From Dictyostelium discoideum (lineage: Eukaryota), in contig CM000152.2 of NCBI GenBank assembly GCA_000004695.1, positions 64,001 through 128,000 on the forward strand: a stretch of DNA of 64,000 bases, in the 5' to 3' direction. How positions within the stretch are numbered: the stretch's first letter is position 1; each line of letters starts with the position of its first letter. Both the position numbers and the translations under genes were made by a program. The notes beneath the pieces were generated by a model. That model had not been told where the DNA came from and did no database searches. It worked only from the letters and a program-made list of their open reading frames with translations. Below, one piece after another: positions 61,579 through 64,000 of the stretch.

Positions 61579-62281
61579 ATGTCATTAAAAATTTTAGTAC
61601 CAATTAAACGTGTTGTTGATTATGCAGTAAAGATTAGAGTAAAAGGTGATAAATCAGGTGTTGAAACAGCAAATGTAAAGATGAGTATGAACCCATTCGA
61701 TGAGATTGCAGTTGAAGAAGCAATCAGAATTAAAGAGAAAAATTTAGCAAAAGAGATCATTGCAGTTTCAATGGGACCAAAAACATCACAAGAAACAATT
61801 AGAACTGCAATTGCAATGGGTGCAGATAAAGGTATTCACGTTGAAACCACTGCTGAATTACAACCATTAAGTGTTGCAAAATTATTAAAAGAATTAGTTG
61901 ATAAAGAGAAACCAAATTTAATCATTCTTGGTAAACAAGCAATTGATGATGATTGTAATCAAACTGCTCAAATGTTAGCTGGTTTATTAAATTGGCCACA
62001 AGGTAATTTAATATATATTTAATATTATTATATAAAGTTTTTACTAATTTCAATAATAATAATTTAGCAACATTTGCATCAAAGGTTGATATTAAAGATG
62101 ATAGTGTACATGTTACTCGTGAAATTGATGGTGGTTTAGAAACACTTTCAATGAAATTACCAGCTATAATTTCATGTGACCTTAGATTAAATGAACCAAG
62201 ATATGCAAAATTACAAAATATGTAAGTATTAAATATTTATTTTATTTTTTTATTTTATTTTTAAATAAATAAATTAATTAA

Positions 62282-62330
<49 letters not shown>

Positions 62331-62515
62331 ATAATTATAGTATGAAATCTAAAAAAGCAGAATTAAAAGTTGAAACACCAGAAAGCCTTAATGTCGATAC
62401 TAATTGCAATCTTAAAATTATTTCAGTTGAAGAACCACCAAAGAGATCAGGTGGTGTAAAAGTTGAAAGCGTTGAAAATGTTGTTGAAGCACTTAAAAAG
62501 CATGCTTTAATTTAA
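61579..62515 (+). CDS. etfb: Electron transfer flavoprotein beta subunit (ETF-beta), ~250 aa; exons 61579..62002, 62068..62221, 62341..62515
   Basis: [22 protein letters not shown]...[17 protein letters not shown]...AVSMGP...[25 protein letters not shown]|[52 protein letters not shown]|[10 protein letters not shown]... is colinear with ETFB. The NIMKAKKK junction is conserved with human ETFB. Donors are G|GTAATT and AT|GTAAGT, acceptors are aatttag| and ataattatag|, and phases are consistent (1,2). Confidence 0.85.
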
Positions 62516-62885
62516 ATTTAAAATATAAAATAAAATAAAATAAAATAAAATAAAATAAAATAAAATAAAATAAAATAATATTAGTAACATATAAAAATAA
62601 ATAATTTTTTTTTTTAACGTATTAAATTGATTTTCGTGTTGACATTCTTTGCATTTTCCCACATCATGATAATCTTTAAATAAAAATAAACAATTTCCAA
62701 TAAAAACTAAAAAAAAAAGAAAAAAAAAAAAAATATCTTGTTTTTTTTTTTTTAATTATTTTTTTTTTTTTAATTATTTTTTTTTTTTTAAATTGAGAGG
62801 TTTTTTTTTTTTTTTTTATAATTTTTAAACTTTCTTTAAAATATTTTCACACACATACATCAACAACAACCACCACAAATATACA

Positions 62886-64000
62886 ATGGATGTCGATGAC
62901 TCTTTACACCAAGATACTTTGGTAAGTTTTTTTTATTTTTTTTATTTTTTTCAATTTTTTTAATAAATAAATAAATAAATAAATAATTAATTTTTATTAT
63001 TTATTTATATATATATATGTATACTTAGGATGATAAATTTTATTCAATTTTAAAAAATATTTCATCACCAAATAGACAAGAAAGATATGAAGCAGTTCAA
63101 TGTGTTAGAAAAATTTTATCTGTTGGTATGTTTTTTTTTTTATTTTTAATTTTTTAAAATAAAATAAAATAAATAAATAATTAACCATTTCTTTTTTTTT
63201 TTTTTTTTTATTAAGAAAATAATCCACCAATTGATAGAGTTATTAGTTCAGGATTAGTACCAATTTTACATAGATATTTAGTTGATGAAACAGATACATC
63301 AATTCAATATGAAGCATCATGGGCATTAACAAATGTTGCATCAGGATCATCAGAACATACAAATTATATTGTAGAGAATGAAATTCATAAGAGTATAATT
63401 GATTTATTATCAACCAGTAATAATATTGACTTTTTAGAACAAAACATTTGGGCATTAGGTAATATCATTGGTGATTCATCACAAAATAGAGATAGTATAC
63501 TCAACGAGGGTATAGTATTACATTTGGTGGAGATATTGAAAACTCATACAAAGAAATCACTAGTTTCAAATATAAGTTGGACCATTAGTAATCTATGTCG
63601 TGGCACACCACGTCCAGCATTTAGATTCATTAAGCCACTATTACCATCCATAAAGAGTTTACTCTTGACTTGGCATAAAGAGGCGGACATCGTGTCAGAC
63701 ACGTTGTGGGCGTTATCATTCTTGACTGAGTCGACCTCTGAGGAGAAAGAGATCTTTAGTAATGTCATATCGATGGGATTGGCAGAGATCATCATTGAAA
63801 TCATTTTCAAATCCGATCAAAACAGTTGCATTATACCTGGATTTCGTACCATTGGTAATATGCTCTCGGGTCCTGACGATGTTACAGAGTTTTTGTTACA
63901 ATCTAATGTATTGAAAGTGTTTCCTAAATTTTTATCATCACCAAAAGCCTCATTGGTGAAGGAGGGTTATTGGTGTTTGTCAAATATTACCAGTGGTCCA
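62886..64000 (+). CDS. Importin-alpha-like armadillo-repeat protein lacking an obvious IBB domain (partial, runs off window end); exons 62886..62921, 63029..63125, 63216..>64000
   Basis: ARM repeats carry importin-alpha signatures (ERYEAVQCVRKILSVENNPPIDRVISSGLVPILHRYL; EASWALTNVASGSSEHTNYIV; NIWALGNIIGDSSQNRDSIL; SNISWTISNLCRG; TLWALSFLTE). The N-terminus (MDVDDSLHQDTL-DDKFYSILK...) has no basic IBB segment. Donors are TTG|GTAAGT and G|GTATGT, acceptors are acttag| and tattaag|, and phases are consistent. Confidence 0.65.

Overview
The window reads as nuclear genomic DNA from a Dictyostelium-like social amoeba. It is about 78-80% A+T, with long homopolymer A/T runs between genes, (AAT)n/(CAA)n tracts encoding poly-Asn/Gln inside ORFs, short AT-rich introns with GTAAGT...AG boundaries, and Dictyostelium codon bias. 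It is gene-dense, with about 30 protein-coding genes on both strands. Recognised genes include a TBC-domain RabGAP, myosin essential light chain (mlcE, ATG-only first exon), an Old-Yellow-Enzyme flavin oxidoreductase, an Mss4-like Rab GEF, V-ATPase subunit G, a PHO80-type cyclin, two tandem ~55-aa cytochrome c oxidase subunit VII isoform genes (missed by the ORF track), ribosomal protein L14, the HAT-repeat splicing factor SYF1/XAB2, a histone H3-like gene with a disrupted 5' end, an atypical Rho GTPase, a TM2-domain protein, a mitochondrial carrier, tubulin cofactor B, a PA14/Dicty-CTDC (psi-family) surface protein, RBM42, a CH-DH-PH RhoGEF, two head-to-tail protein-kinase units, ETF-beta and an importin-alpha-like ARM protein. 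The largest gene (38264-44452) is a 2062-aa hybrid histidine kinase carrying about 12 near-identical 276-bp tandem HAMP repeats. No rRNA, tRNA, CRISPR or transposon sequence was recognised. Exon coordinates for multi-exon genes were derived by hand from splice consensus and reading frame and carry +/- a few nt uncertainty.
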